A DNA stretch of 64,000 nt, taken from NCBI GenBank assembly GCA_012295275.1, contig CM022670.1:21948001-22012000 (forward strand). Direction: 5' to 3'. Below the pieces are notes generated by a model. The model was not told where the DNA came from. It ran no database searches and worked only from the letters and a program-made list of their open reading frames with translations. The stretch is from Chrysomallon squamiferum. Its lineage: Eukaryota > Animalia > Mollusca. Shown piece after piece: positions 19,440 through 34,340 of this stretch (within the stretch, counting starts at the first letter, position 1; every line of letters starts with the position of its first letter). The translations under genes were made by a program, and so were the position numbers.

Positions 19440-21820
19440 ATTCTTAGTTTTTTATGTAATTCTGCAACTCCTTGATATTTCTTTATATTGTTTTATGTGT
19501 CACACAGCTTCACACAGAATCAAACGCGACGTTCAGCTCAGAGGCTAGTATAATATAATATAATATAATATAATATAATATAATATAATATAATATAACA
19601 TAACATAATATAATATATATATATCGTACTGATGATTAACCTATATCATTCAAACATTTTTCAATGTTGTTCTACAGGATAGGAGTGTGTCACCAGCAGC
19701 GCACTATCACAGACGACTTTGTTTATTTTCATAATATTCTACTGGAGTAAAGTAGTTTCTGTGTCAGTATACTGAAGTGGTATTTCTCAAAACTGTTGCT
19801 CTAAGACGTAGATGAATGACAATGAGGATGACGATCACATAAACAAGCAGTAACAAGTTAGATTTAATTATATTTACTTAATCCTTAAATAGACAAAAAA
19901 ACAAAAAACAAATCCTGGATTTAATAAATAAAACATTTCTTTATTTCTGAATTTTTTTATTTTAATAATGTATTTCCATGACACACATTCACTATCTGGA
20001 AGAAATTCAATAATGATTTCCAATAAACTAATAAATCAGCATAATAAGTATATATGAAAAGTACACCAATGATGTGAACAAGATAAACGTTAAATAAAGA
20101 AAACAAACAGGATAATTTACAAATATACGTGGACGAATGCTTTCTCGTGCGTCAAAGTTCAGTAAATAAGAAAAAGCATGAGCTAAATGGGTCAGTAAGG
20201 AAAATGTTATCAAATGTTTTCCAAACTGTTTCCATAAACATTGAGTAAGATACTTTGAGCTGTCTAACATATATTTCAAATTACCTTTAACTATCATTAA
20301 ATAAATATGTTTAGTAATATTTAGTAAATTAACTTTGTTTTGAAAACAAAGAAAAACCCACATCAATACAAAAAAGAAAAGAAGAAGAAAAAAAAAATAT
20401 TAAAGAAAGGAAAAGAGAAAATAAGAGAAATAAAAAACAACCGCAGCATCAACAAAAGCAAAAAGAAGAAGAAGCAAAATGGTAAAAAGACAACAACAGC
20501 TAATCAAACAATCACAAAACTTTGGTTGTCTCGGACATGTGTTATATCATCATTATTTTCTGAAATATTTTCATCATGTTAACAAAATTACGTCTGCTAG
20601 GTTTCTGTCTCTAAAAACAGGTTGAATGTATTTCTATGTTGTCTGGAAATGTACAGAAAATCGTGGAAGTGTTTATATCTTACTCATTTGCTCGTATGCA
20701 GATCCTTGATCAACAGCTTCAACTTGCAAAGCCTCGTAATGATTTGTCTCTTGTTGGTTGTCGTCTGTGTTGTGTTGTGTGATTTCACCATCAAGTTGTC
20801 CTGCACATTTTCTTTTACGTCTGGGAGATTTCTGATCTGACGCAGGGGCAGCATCCACATCGTCGTCAACAGCTTCGTATACTGGAGCACTTGCCGTTGC
20901 TGTTGTTGATTGGATATTTTGACTTTTAAAAAAAGACACAGCTGGTTCCTTCGATTTCGTCGCTGTTCTTTTGCTCCTGAAATTATTTATTTATTTAAAT
21001 CAACAGATTTAATTCAATTTATGGTTTCCTTTCCTAACACATATTATGAAATGTTCGGTCGATATATTACGTTTCTTGAGACACAGATGTTTAATCATTA
21101 ATAAATATCTGAATGTAATGTTTGTTCAGTACAGTAAATATTGTATAACATATTAAATTATTTGCTTACCTAATAACTAGAATAAGTGCAGCTGCACTTA
21201 AAATCAAGGCTAAAACTGTGAGACATGAGAAAAGGACACTAACACTGTCTGTGATTATTTGTTGTAAAACTGAAAAAAATCAGCAAAACAAATATTACAG
21301 TTTAATAAAATTTAAGTCACAAAATATCGTGAAAGATTACACGTGTAAATGTATTTATTAAATAAAAATAAAACATTTTCATTAAACAACATGAAAAAAA
21401 TAATATTCTACTAAGCGACAACCATAACTGAAAGGAATAAATGCATATTGTTACCTGTATTACAAGATATACCCTGCCACCCGGCAACGCACCCATCAAC
21501 GCATAATCCTGTCATAAAATCACATTTCTGGTTACCATGGCAATGTCTGTCAGCGCAGATCTGGAGGCAACCTTCACCATACATGCCAAGAGGGCACTCT
21601 GTGACTGAAACGTGTACACCGTTATTAATTATCTTTTTAAAACACAAACGTACATCCATGTACGTGCCTAACTACTTTGTTACACAAAAACTAAAAAATA
21701 AAGGACAGCATTACATAAATACAGACTTACGCGAATATTGCAGAAATACAAAAATACATACAAAAGAATACACACAAAATTATATCATTCATGGAACAGT
21801 TTGATTACTCATGGTCTCTC
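19440..21820. repeat. Segmental duplication: 3' module of C matches about 53998-56490 (3' module of E)
   Basis: Collinear homology from downstream flank through tail, TM and CPLG-EGF exon, ending at gattactcatggtctctc. Confidence 0.9.
19495..19544 (-). pseudogene. Decayed CELNV-type EGF exon relic downstream of gene C (copy at about 54050-54126 downstream of E)
   Basis: gacgttcagctcagaggctagtataatataat resembles the acceptor and 5' end of the ACELNVKYG exon (gacgttcagctcacacgctaatacagtgtaat); contains a stop and deletions. Confidence 0.45.
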
Positions 21821-22261
21821 GCTCCACAAAATAACAATTACTATGTGCATGTTGTAAAATGTATGTTTGTGTAACCCTTCCCTTCACATGGCTCAAGCAA
21901 ATTAGTGAGAGTACAACCGGTCCTAAAACATTCTTCGGGTGATGCCATAACCAAATCTACCAACAAAACCTCTGAATACTGGGGTTGCCACGACAATATC
22001 TTTTTTCTTTTTAACTTTGACAGTTGCTGGACTAATTAATTCTTAAAGTAGACACACACACACACACACATACAAACGCGCACACGCACACACATACTTT
22101 CCAAAGAATGAAGCACACTGTTTTTTTCTTCAGTTTACACAAGTAGATTTACATTCTTTGTCATATCTTCCTGCTCTATTTAAGACAGTTAACAAAAATA
22201 ACCATAGTAAAGGATAAAATAATTAATAGTCGTTTACATTTTAGCTGAAATGTATTGTGTT

Positions 22262-22322
<61 letters not shown>

Positions 22323-22695
22323 TAAAACAAAAACAAATAAACAAACAAACAAACAAAAAGATTGTCTCGATTGCTGTAACGTCGTCCGTCCACGCAGTGC
22401 TGGCGAGTGGATGTCATACGTTCAAGTCTCGTTACGGCCATCTGACGGGTTTGTGAAGTCTTGATGTGCAGAGTCTATTCAGACGTTCATAAGACAGAGA
22501 ATATTCAAAATCCTAAGACAAACACACTCACACACTCATACACACACAGATACATATATACACACACACATACATACATATCAGTTATGTATATTTGGTT
22601 CTTGCATCTTTCTATTATGTTTTCTATTTTATTTTTTATTTTTTTATTCATATTACTATTACCATTTCTGCTAGTACTACTACTTCTACTGATCC

Positions 22696-22737
<42 letters not shown>

Positions 22738-23100
22738 CACAATTATAATTATTATTATTATGTACATTTACTTCAGTGCATGGTTCAATTGTGTTTTTTC
22801 CTTTTTATTATTATGATTATGATCATGGTAATGCTGATGATTAGAATTAGTATTAGTATTAGTATTAATATTAGTATTATTAGCAATATTAGTACTATTA
22901 GTACTAAATATATGTTTGTGCAACCCTTCCCTTCACATGGCTCAAGCAAATTAGTGAGAGTACAACCGGTCCTAAAACATTCTTCGGGTGATGCCATAAC
23001 AAAATCTACCATCAAAACCTCTGAATACTGGGGTTGCTACTGCATTTTCATTTTTCTTTTTACCTTTGACAGTTGCTGGACTAATTCATTCCTAAAGTAG

Positions 23101-23131
<31 letters not shown>

Positions 23132-26100
23132 TGCACACGCACACGTACACACATACTTTCCAAAGAAAGAAGCACAATATTTCTTTCTGCGGTTTCCACA
23201 AGCAAATTTACATTTCGTGTCATGTCTTCCAGCTCTGTTTATGACAATTAATAAAAATAACCATAGTAAAGGATAAAATAATTAATAGTCGTCAACGATA
23301 TGCCATTACGTTTTAACTGAAATGTGTTGTGTCTATATGTGTGTATGTGCGTGCGTGTGTGTGTGTGAAATAAAACAAAAACAAATAAACAAACAAACAA
23401 ACAAAAAGATTGTCTAAATTGTTGTAACGTCGTCCGTCCACGCAGTGCTGGCGAGTGGGTGTCATACGTTCAAGTCTCGTTACGGCCATCTGACGGGTTT
23501 GTGAAGTCTTGATGTGCAGAGTCTATTCAGACGTTCATAAGACAGAGAATATTCAAAATCCTAAAACACACACACTCACACACTCATACACACACACAGA
23601 TACATATATACATACACACATACATACATACATACATAAATACATAGATACATACACACATACATACATAAATACATAAATACATAGATACATACACACA
23701 TACATACATAAATACATACATACATACATACATACATACACACATACATACATACATATCAGTTATGTATATTTGGTTCTTACATCTTTCTATTATGTTT
23801 TCTATTTCTTTCTTTTTTTGTTATTCATATTACTATTAGCATTTCTGCTAGTACTACTACTTCTACTGATCCTGTAATTATTATTATTATTATTATCATT
23901 CTTATTGTTCTTATTATTCTTCTTATTATTATTATCACAATTATAATTATTATTATTATGTACATTTACTTCAGTGCATGGTTCAATGGTGTTTTTTCCT
24001 TTTTATTATTATGATTATGATCATGGTAATGATGATGATTAGAATTAGTATTAGTATTAATATTAGTATTATTAGCATTATTATTATTAGTCGTATTATT
24101 AGTATTATTACAATTATTATTATTATAGTCCCATAACAATAGCTGCATTTATTTTTACTGAAATAAGGATATGTAAAATGTAGAGTACGACTGACCTTGC
24201 TTGCAAAAGATACCTTCGTAACCTTCAATACAACCTCCAGTACAATTTCCAGAGATTCTGTCACATCGCTTGCTTCTACAATTCTCACATCTAGATTTAC
24301 AGTTCTTACCATATGTTCCTGGACTGCATTCTGCAGTTATTGAAATAAGAACAAAACCAATAAAGTAATAAACTGTCGTTTAATCACATTACAGTTGATT
24401 TTAATGTTAAGAATAATTGTGTTTCGGGCCTGCTTCTCAGAGACAGAGCCTGCTACTAGGTATCGTTCGAGTGGATAATGATAAATTGTTAATATATTTT
24501 TCCCAGAACAAATTTCCATAACATTTATACACTTTTGATTTGTAAGAATTGAGACTATTATTACATAATTAAAATATTTTATTTCTTCAGACGTTCAAAT
24601 TTTTTTAAATGTTGTATTGATAACTGTGTTTCTATGTATTTCAAAGTAAACACTGATCCTATACCTTCTCTACAGTCTGTTCCATTCCATCCTGCCGTAC
24701 ATCCTGCAGTGTCACACTTTCCTGTCTGTACGTCACAAGATGAGTGTGTGTTAACACAGTGACGTTTTTCACACAACTTCTCACAGTTAGAACCATACTT
24801 GACTTTCAGCTCACACGCTAGTACAATGTAATGTAATGTAATGTAAATACTTTCTCAGATATATAATATTCGTTTATTTTTAGTACTGTGTTTTGAATGT
24901 AACACTCAGTACATTATGATATTCTACAACAATTTATCAAAACACTGTGAACCTAAAAACTATTTATTATTACTATTGTTGTTGTTCTTATTATTAATTA
25001 TTATTCGTTATCATAACCATCAATATCGTCATTGTTAGTAAATCACCTGGTTACTTATGGTGTTTTTATTACGGTGAAAACGAATTTTAAAATAATTAGA
25101 GTTTAAGGAAATTGCTCACTTTAACTCACCATATACTTCAACTTCCAGAAAATCTAACGCTGTACCAATTTCTTCACCATTATCTGTTTCTTGATAGACA
25201 GTCACGTATCTGGCATTAACATTACACGCAAAACTCACGACATCAGGAATATCGGATCCATTTTTACTACCAGTAACAGTACCACACAGATGTCCTGTGT
25301 TAGAAGCATTTACAGCTCTGTTTGTGTATATCTGTACTCCACGCCTTCGATTCTTCACTTGAATAAATAAAAATAGTATATGAAATATTGAGTTTTATGT
25401 ATCCTATTATATAAAGTTAATAATATGAAATAAAGCTGCAGTGTTCTAATAAATAAATAAATAAATAAACTTTTAATATCGCGTTTTACTGACCAGCATT
25501 AGATAGTGTCTAAATCTAATTTAAGAACCTAAGAAATCTCTTTGAAAAAAACAAAAAAACAAAAGAAGACAAACTGAAAATCGAAATCATCTGCTGTCTA
25601 CATTCCTGTTTAAATACAGTGTCCATTCTGTCTTGAAAATGTTCCTTTTACTGTCTGTGTATTTATATAATAACTGTAATTTATCAAGTCCTACTAAATA
25701 ATACATATACTACAGAACAAAATATGTATAGTGTGGTCTTCCTTCAACTTACTGTAATTATATGAATAATATATGTGCGTTTGTATGTATGCATGCATGC
25801 ATGCATGTATGTATGTATGTATGTATGTAAAATATGTATTCGTTAATATGTAGGTATTTTTTCTGTCTATGTATATAAAAGTAGAAAACAAACCAAGAAC
25901 AACTACAATACCAAACAGCAACAATAACAAAACAAGAAGAAGAAGAAGAAGAAGAAGAAGAAGAAGAACAACAACAACAACAACAACAACAAGAAAAGAA
26001 CAACAAAAAAGAAGAAAAAGTAGTATATCATAAAAGAAAAAAAAAACATTTAAGAAAAATGCACATCACCAAAATATGTTTACTTACCGTCAATTCTAAA

Positions 26101-26880
26101 ATATATTTTCACTTCATGGACAAAGTACAGTTTTCTTAGATCCACTTCCCACCAAGTGTACGACTGTCCAATTGCTGTGTGCATAAAGTTAAACCCCTTT
26201 TGTTTTGTTACTCCATCAACAGCTGTAGATGATTTGTAAATGTCATAGTAAGAACTCTGGTAGGATGGCTTTCCCTTAGCTACATTTACTGATCAAAATG
26301 GAATTAAAAAATATTTAATAAAGATATGAATATCAATATCGTAGACATATACACAACGACATATGAAGAAACAGGTACCGGACCAATTATCCGGCGTCCT
26401 GAAATCCGGAAAGACAAGAAAACCGGAATTTGTTTTCCAGATGCTGTTTTCATAGTTCGCGAGCGCAGGTGTTGTCCTCACCAGACCGAAACTACTCTTT
26501 CAAGCCGCGTGGCATTCTTTTACTCGCCGAATTGTTTCCGTGTCGAGTCGCCACACTTGTGTATCGTCAATTTTCTTTATATTTTTAATTTTAAAATGTT
26601 CATGCATAATTATTTACGTATTTAGATGCCTTGATACCAGAAAACCTCAGGCCCCAAGGAGTCCGGATAATTGGTCCGATATCTGTACATACATATGAAA
26701 AAAGATGCCTCATACTACAGATATTATTAAAACAAATTTTTCCGTTTCATTATTTCTAATCAAAGATTAGGATATTGGTGGCAGTAACATTGCGTCATTT
26801 TTCGTCAAAATGACAGTTTTGAATAACTGCAAGGACTGAAGGAACTTCACATCTATCTATCTACATATCTATCTATACAC

Positions 26881-26926
<46 letters not shown>

Positions 26927-27191
26927 ATATACATATACATACATATATATATATACAGATAGATAGATAGATGCACACAGACATAAACACACATACACAT
27001 ATACATATACACACATACATAACACATTCATAAACACATGCAAGCATAGCTATACACATATATATAGTGAGAGATATGCAAACATATGTATATATTAATT
27101 ATACATATATAAATGCATAAGGACGAGGGTACATATATACATACATACATTTTTACGTATATAGATAAAACATACATATACACACATACAG

Positions 27192-27222
<31 letters not shown>

Positions 27223-27447
27223 CAAACATTATATACATACACACATACATAGCTAAGTATTTAATTATTGATTTATTATAAGCATATACGGACGATCTAA
27301 CACCCACACATATATACATCCATATATACATACATATATGTATGTGTGTACATTTTTAAACGACTTACCAAACTGAGCTGAAATATGAACTTGAAACGTG
27401 AAAATAAAGAAGAGAAAAACATAAAACTCCAAACAAACTGCAGCCAT
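20673..27447 (-). CDS. Gene C: F-type lectin + 3 EGF-like + TM + YxxL/YxxM tail receptor (about 447 aa)
   Basis: Exons: leader 27369-27447; FTLD 26088-26288 and 25130-25357; EGF 24665-24817, 24196-24330, 21455-21598; TM 21170-21269 (SVSVLFSCLTVLALILSAAALILVIR); tail 20673-20976 (VYEAV..YEAL-x10-YEQM). Total 1344 nt, in frame, GT-AG. Confidence 0.85.
21860..24110. repeat. Intronic tandem duplication (about 1.05-1.2 kb units) in gene C
   Basis: About 21860-22908 matches 22910-24110, both starting tatgtttgtg(t/c)aacccttcccttcacatggctcaagc; no exon recognised inside. Confidence 0.85.
26372..26685. mobile_element. MITE (about 314 bp), Tc1/mariner-pogo-like non-autonomous DNA transposon in gene C intron 1
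   Basis: 23-bp TIRs CAGGTACCGGACCAATTATCCGG / CCGGATAATTGGTCCGATATCTG (2 mismatches); TA on the right, AA on the left; the paralogous introns in gene A (about 4950, 6415) show the empty site gaagaTAcatacat. Confidence 0.85.
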
Positions 27448-27689
27448 ATTGTGTTAAACCAGACAAGGTGACCCAGGAAGACCTGGGTCTTGTTCAAAGC
27501 GCTCACGTTTACTCAACATTTAGTTTAACATTATGTCTACTGTTCCTTCTTACCGCATGACGCAAACTGAATACAGGTTATGATTCACCAGATTACAGTG
27601 CAGATATATCAATTGTCAGGTTTCATTCACTGTGTGTATATTAATCTATAAAAAACTTTTGTTTGAGTATCTGTTGAATAGTGTGTGAA

Positions 27690-28985
27690 TGTAGGAAGAA
27701 ATAAAATTTAAAATTAAAAATAACAATTACAGTTTCATTATGATCTAAGGATAAGTTTGATCATAAATAGTATATCTGGTTGAAACCGGTCCGGTCATTG
27801 TGAGCAACACAGTAGCTGATTTTACAAAGCGAATGGAGTATTATTAATGTATGTGGCTCGCTTCTACTTTTACTGGGTCGACAACGTATCCCTGTTTAAA
27901 AATATGTAATATTTATTTATCAGAAGCTGAAATGTTAGGCTTGACTTGCTCAAGACAGGACAAATATTTTTGCAAATGCACAACAAAACCTATTCAGAGA
28001 CTCAAGATTTTTTCTTTTCTCACGTAATACCGAGTTTTTGGTATGTTCGTCGTTCTCCTTTATTTCTACGTATTAATGTATACAAAGGTTAACATTTTAT
28101 TTTAATATTCATACACAGAAGAAACACAAAATATGAAAACAAAGACAATTTTCATTAAATCAGTGGAAACTCTATTGTCATTTACGTTTATATTTTCTCA
28201 TATTTTTATTTATTTATTTATTTTTATTTTTTTATCTGTTTATATATTTTATTTTATTTATTTTTTGTTTTTCCACAGTAAATATTACAGTTGTGTGTCT
28301 GTTATTATATAAAAACAAATAATAGTAACAGTGCAAGGTATGTCAACATGTTTGTAGTTCTGTATCAAAATCCATCTTAATGTCTCACGACGACTCTGGC
28401 TAGTGAAAACAGTGACCGACAAGATCAACTCCTATCTCAGGTTGCCGGCTTCACGACAAAAATGTAAATACATAAATATATCTGTATATCAATCAGTATA
28501 CGATCCTTTCACTCATGAATATTCAGTAACCACCACAGAGACGCCAACACTACTGGCGTTAAAAGCAGAATGACTGACACTAATGTCAATCCTCTATTTC
28601 AGATATAAAAGCCTATACACAGATTTTTCTTTTATGTTTCATTGTCCCGGAAAACACTGCTAATAATTGGGTTGGAGCGTATAATTACCTAGTGTCGCAC
28701 TTATAAACATGTAATAGTAATTTTATTAAATTAGAATAGAAATAGAAAAAAGAGCATAATAAATACAAGTGTGTTCACATAAATATACAAATACAGGACA
28801 CAAAGACAAACACTCATAAATAATGAGAGTTGTGTTGATCAAAGTTAACAACAGTGGTACCTCTCTTGTGGGGTTTTAACGGTTTGGCGGGGAACCCTTT
28901 GGCTATTACAGTTTCCAGCAAAACGGCGATGCCGTCTTTAAAAATATCACATAAAGTTGCGAAAGTAAAACATGTTCTTTAAATG

Positions 28986-29043
<58 letters not shown>

Positions 29044-31051
29044 TAATAATAATAAACGCAAAACAAACAAGTGTTTGAATAAATGTAAAACAAACAAATA
29101 AACAAAAAATAAATAAATAAAACTTACGTCTGAATGTATTTATATATGAAAATTCTGAATTTGCATTTTATGACATTATTGTTCTTTTAATGTGACACAT
29201 TGAAAATATGATAGTGCAAATCGTGTATGTCTCTATGTTTATATACATATAGTGTACAGCATAGTAAATATATATGCTTGTGTATATCTATACTTGTACC
29301 TATGCGTTGTGTTTATGTATCTATGTATATATAAGCATGTATATAAATAATGTATGTTTTGTGTCTATATGTATAATTGTTTGAGTGTTTGTTAGCTTGT
29401 GTTAGCACGCGGCGCATTTGTGCATAAAGGAAGTTTAATCTCTCACTTACCTAATTCAGTATATGTGCGAATACAAAACAGTAAAATAACACAAAAGGAG
29501 AAATAAAAATAAAAATTAAAAATAACAATTACCTTTTGAATTTGATCAGTTTGGTCAATTTGATCATAAACAGAAAATCTGGTCGAAACCGGTGTCATTG
29601 TGAACAAGATAGTAGCTGATTTTACAAAGCGAATAAAATGTTATTAATTTATGTGTCTCGCTTTTCCTTTTACTGGCTCGACAACGTATCCCTGTTTTAA
29701 AAAATGTAATATGTATTTATCAGAAGCTTAAATGTCAGGCATGACTTGCTCAAGGCAAGACAAATATTTTGGCAAATGCACAATAAAACCTATTCAGAGA
29801 CTCAAGATTTTTTTTTTCTCACGTAATATCGAGTTTATGATATGTTAGTCGTTCACTTTTATTTGTACGTATTAATGTATACAAAGGTCTACATTATATT
29901 TCAATTTTCATACACAGAAGAAATACAAAAGATGAAAATAAGGAATATTCATGTTAAATCAGTGGAAATTCTCTTATTTACGTTTATATTTCATTACATT
30001 TTTGCTTATTTATTTATTTTTATTTTTATTTATCTGTTTATTTATTTTATTTTATTTATTTCTGTTTTTCCACAGTAAATGTCACAGTTGTGTGTCTGTT
30101 AATATTTAAGAAAAAATAACACTAACAATGCAAAGAATATCAACATGTTTGTAGTTCTGTATCAAAATCCATCTTAATGTCACACGATGAATCTGGCTAG
30201 TTAAAACATTGACGGACAAGTTCAACTTCTATCTCACATTGCCGGCTTCACGAATAAAATGTAAATAAATAAATATAGCTCTGTATCAATCAGTATACGA
30301 TCCTCTCACTCATGAATATTCAGTAACCACCACAAAGACGTCAGCACTAATGACGTTAAAAGCAGAATGACTGACACTAATGTCAATGCTCTATTTCAGA
30401 TATAAAAGCCTATACACAGATTTTTCTTTTATGTTTCATTGTCCCGGAAAATACTGCTAATAATAGAGTTGGAGCATAGAAATAGATAAAAAGAGCATAA
30501 TAAATATAAATGTGTTCATATAAATATACAAGTACAGGACACAACGACAAACACTAATAAATCATGAGAGTTTTGTTGAGCAAAGTTGACAACACTGGCA
30601 CCTCTCTTGTGGGGTCACCTGTGAGGTCTAGAATCGCAGGTTTCCACTCATCAGAGGTAGAATAATAATAGACAATTTTCTTTTTATCATATTCAGAAGA
30701 AAAATGAATCAAGGCAAGGCATGTCGAGTTCATTCATGGATGTGAATAAAACATATTTTCCACGTCATAAAAACTCATAATAAGCACAACATATATTTAT
30801 ACTTCACAAAATACTGCGTTTGAAACCCAAAAACGGTTTTGATTTGTGCAAACCGCACCATGTTTTCAACGTGAAAAGTCCGCTAAGACGCCGTGTTTAC
30901 AAAACATAAATATGGATGGAATACGAACTAAATGGGTTGCATTTTAGCGGTTTGGCGGGCAAGCCTTTGCCGATTACAGTTTCCAGGAAAAGGGCGATGC
31001 CGTCTTTAAAAATATCACATGAAGTTACGAAAGTAAAACATGTTTTTTTTA

Positions 31052-31109
<58 letters not shown>

Positions 31110-31110
31110 T
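27690..31110. repeat. Diverged tandem duplication (about 27690-29060 vs 29505-31110) upstream of gene C
   Basis: Collinear homology; the second copy has about 330 bp extra (about 30615-30940). Confidence 0.85.
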
Positions 31111-32063
31111 GATGATGTTAGTGGTAATAGATAAACTAATAATAATGATGTGATTGCGATGATGCTTAGAAGAAGAAGAACTAGACTGGTTCACTGAGAA
31201 ACTTGTTGAAATAGACATCTTTCGGACAAAAATATTAATAATCCTAATAAATAAATAAAAAATAAATATTATTTCAAAGATTAAAGAAATGGATATTGGA
31301 CATTAGTGGCCTATATCGCAAGTTGCTGTCTTTAATATGTTTGACCTGTTATTAGATATAGATATTATGTCAGTGACAGCATTGCAGTGATATATTACGT
31401 TTATGAATACACATTCATATATCTGTGAATGTGTATATGTTTATGCATTTGTCCTTTATGTCTAGATATCTGTGTGGTTGTGTATTTACACATGTGTGAG
31501 TATATGTATACCTATATGTTTGTGTTCGTTATACAACAAAGTTAAAAACTATACAAATAAACTTTCAAAGCAAAAAAAAAAAAAAAAAAATAAAAAATAA
31601 CTGTCAAAAATTATCATTCTAACAGAAAACGTTAGATATATATCAGCTTAACAAACTCAGTGACTCATACGAACGCACATACATACAGACAGATGAACAT
31701 AATTACACACAAACATATATTCAAACACAACAACGACAATAACAACCACTCTCCAAGGAACAGATTCAAAATGTATTTAAAAAAAAACCCTTTAATGTGA
31801 CAAAAGTTCAGTTGCAAAAGTTAATAGTTATCGTAATACTATATTTCACTGAATTGAATGAGTTCTGAGCGAATTCAGGAAACAGGCTCTCATACAAACT
31901 TCAGTGACGTAGATCACTGTGTATGATACTTTGACAACTTTCTTGTTTCGTGTTTATTTTCTTCTGTTTTGTATTTATATTATTTAGTTTAGATTTCATA
32001 GTAATATAAAATAAACAAATTTAAACAGATAGATAGATATACGGAGAGATAGGTATATAATAT

Positions 32064-32188
<125 letters not shown>

Positions 32189-33051
32189 AGTATATATAGA
32201 CACATAAGGATTGTTTGAATAGACAGTTGTTCATTTTTCATTGCAGAACATTACGTTTTGTCACCTAATGAATGTTTATTTTATATTTAGTCTAATTCAC
32301 AAAAAAAAAAAAAAAAATACCATACAGTTTTTCACACAGTATAATATATTACACAAATCTGATGTAAGGGTCTTTTAAAACAGATATGGCTATGTATCTC
32401 TTTAAAAAGAAGTAACGGACAAAAAAGAAACAACGCAACGTGGATTTAATTCACGACTGTATTAATATTTATGTTGTACAGCTATATAGTAAGTTCGCAT
32501 ATTTTTTCCTGTCCGTACATTATATACTAAAAACTGTACACATAATCTTTTAAAACAGATTAAAAAAACACAAAAAAGTCTACTTATAAACTATGATGAC
32601 TGTAATTCTATATGGCCTCAGACTACTTTAGCTCAAATAGATCAGAAACTTCTACGGATGTAAAAGAAATAAGTAAAATACAAGAACAAAATGTACACCA
32701 AGCACGTCATTATCTGTATAAACGATAAAATGAAATAAAAACAAATGTTCATTAAAGAGATGGCAAACAAAGTTGTATAAGAATGAATAAATAAAATAAA
32801 ATAATATTATAAACAAAAAAGAAAAAAAATATTATAAAAATAAAAAAAAAATAAATTAAATTAAATCAAACTAGTAGAACAATTAAGAAGGTAAATATCA
32901 CATGTTATAAATGGATTTTATATAAAATCTATATTTGTGTTAATGTATATGTATATATTAAACGTTTATTTATGAATATCTTTCAACCTGCCCATTTAAT
33001 GCTAACATATAAACGTAATTTTTCTTCTACAGTTAATTAGAATTGACTTAC

Positions 33052-33127
33052 CAAACTCTGCGAATATCTTAACATGAGATGTAAAAATAAAGCACACAAG
33101 AGTAAAAAACATGTACACTGCAGCCAT
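33052..33127 (-). other. Orphan intact E-type signal-peptide (leader) exon
   Basis: MAAVYMFFTLVCFIFTSHVKIFAEF + G|GTAAGT, phase 1. Flanks are homologous to the gene E leader region (about 59400-60310), but no E-type lectin exons follow. Confidence 0.75.
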
Positions 33128-33254
33128 GTTGAGTTAGTCACTGCTAACTGGGAAGTATTTTATTTCTACACACTTGTCTTTTCTATTGTTTTATTCCGTT
33201 TGTTATCACGTGAGGAATTAATGACAGTCCGTTTGTTCGTATTTGTTTTGTTTT

Positions 33255-33306
<52 letters not shown>

Positions 33307-33817
33307 TACACACATATAGACTTTTAGAAACTAAAATGCAAAAACTTTCATAGTTAAAGGTCACATATTGACACCAATACACACGCGGGCGCCCACAGAA
33401 ACACACACAGACATATATTATATATATTCTCCGAGGATCAGTTTAAAAACCTATATAAGAAATCCTTAATATGGCAAAATCATTTTTCTATAAGTTCAGT
33501 TGCAAAAGTCAACAGCAGTTGTGATATTGTATTTCACTGAGTTCAATGAAATATAAACGAATCCAGGAAACAAGCTCTCATACAATCTTCACTGACACAA
33601 ATCACTGTTTGTTATGCATAGAGCAGTTTATTGTTTTATGCTGTATTTTTTTCTCTTCTTTCTCTATTTTATTTTTTTCAGATTTGAAACTAATGTGAAA
33701 TAAACAGAGATAGCTAAACAGAAAGATACATGGACACATATATTGATAGACACATAGACAGACAGAAAAACAGAGACATAGAGAGATAGATTGATAAACA
33801 GATAGATAGATGCACAG

Positions 33818-33890
<73 letters not shown>

Positions 33891-34304
33891 TATATAATAT
33901 ATAATAGATAGATAGATAGACGGAGAAACAAAGATAGATACACACACAGAAAGAGGGATAGATCAGTATAGATAGAGAAAAAAGATTGTGAGGACAAATG
34001 TGATGATCAGAGATAGTAAATATAATAATATACTACACATTCAGTAAACCAGTGTGTATAAACCGTGGAACAGAAACATTAAAAACTGAATCAGATTGCT
34101 TTTCAAATAGCATGTACGTGTTTGCTTGGAAAACTAATATTAGAAATAAAAATCTGTGGACATAATTTATGAGCTGTGAAATGGACAGTTGTTCATTTTC
34201 CAGTGTACATTAGGCCTGAGTATAATTTATTACCAGTGAGGACAATTACAATGTTTCATCTCCTAATGACTCTTTGTTTTATATCTAGTCTCACTCACTG
34301 AAAG

Positions 34305-34340
<36 letters not shown>

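Noticed and set aside
20800-20830. PRRKRK NLS-like stretch in the gene C tail
   Set aside because: Not conserved in the close paralog E (SRCKRK); short basic runs arise by chance.
22785-23015. Cys-containing ORF (EECFRTGCTLTNLLEPCEGKGC) as a possible extra EGF exon of C
   Set aside because: Cys spacing does not fit the 8-Cys pattern of the cluster's EGF exons and I found no convincing phase-1 splice pair.
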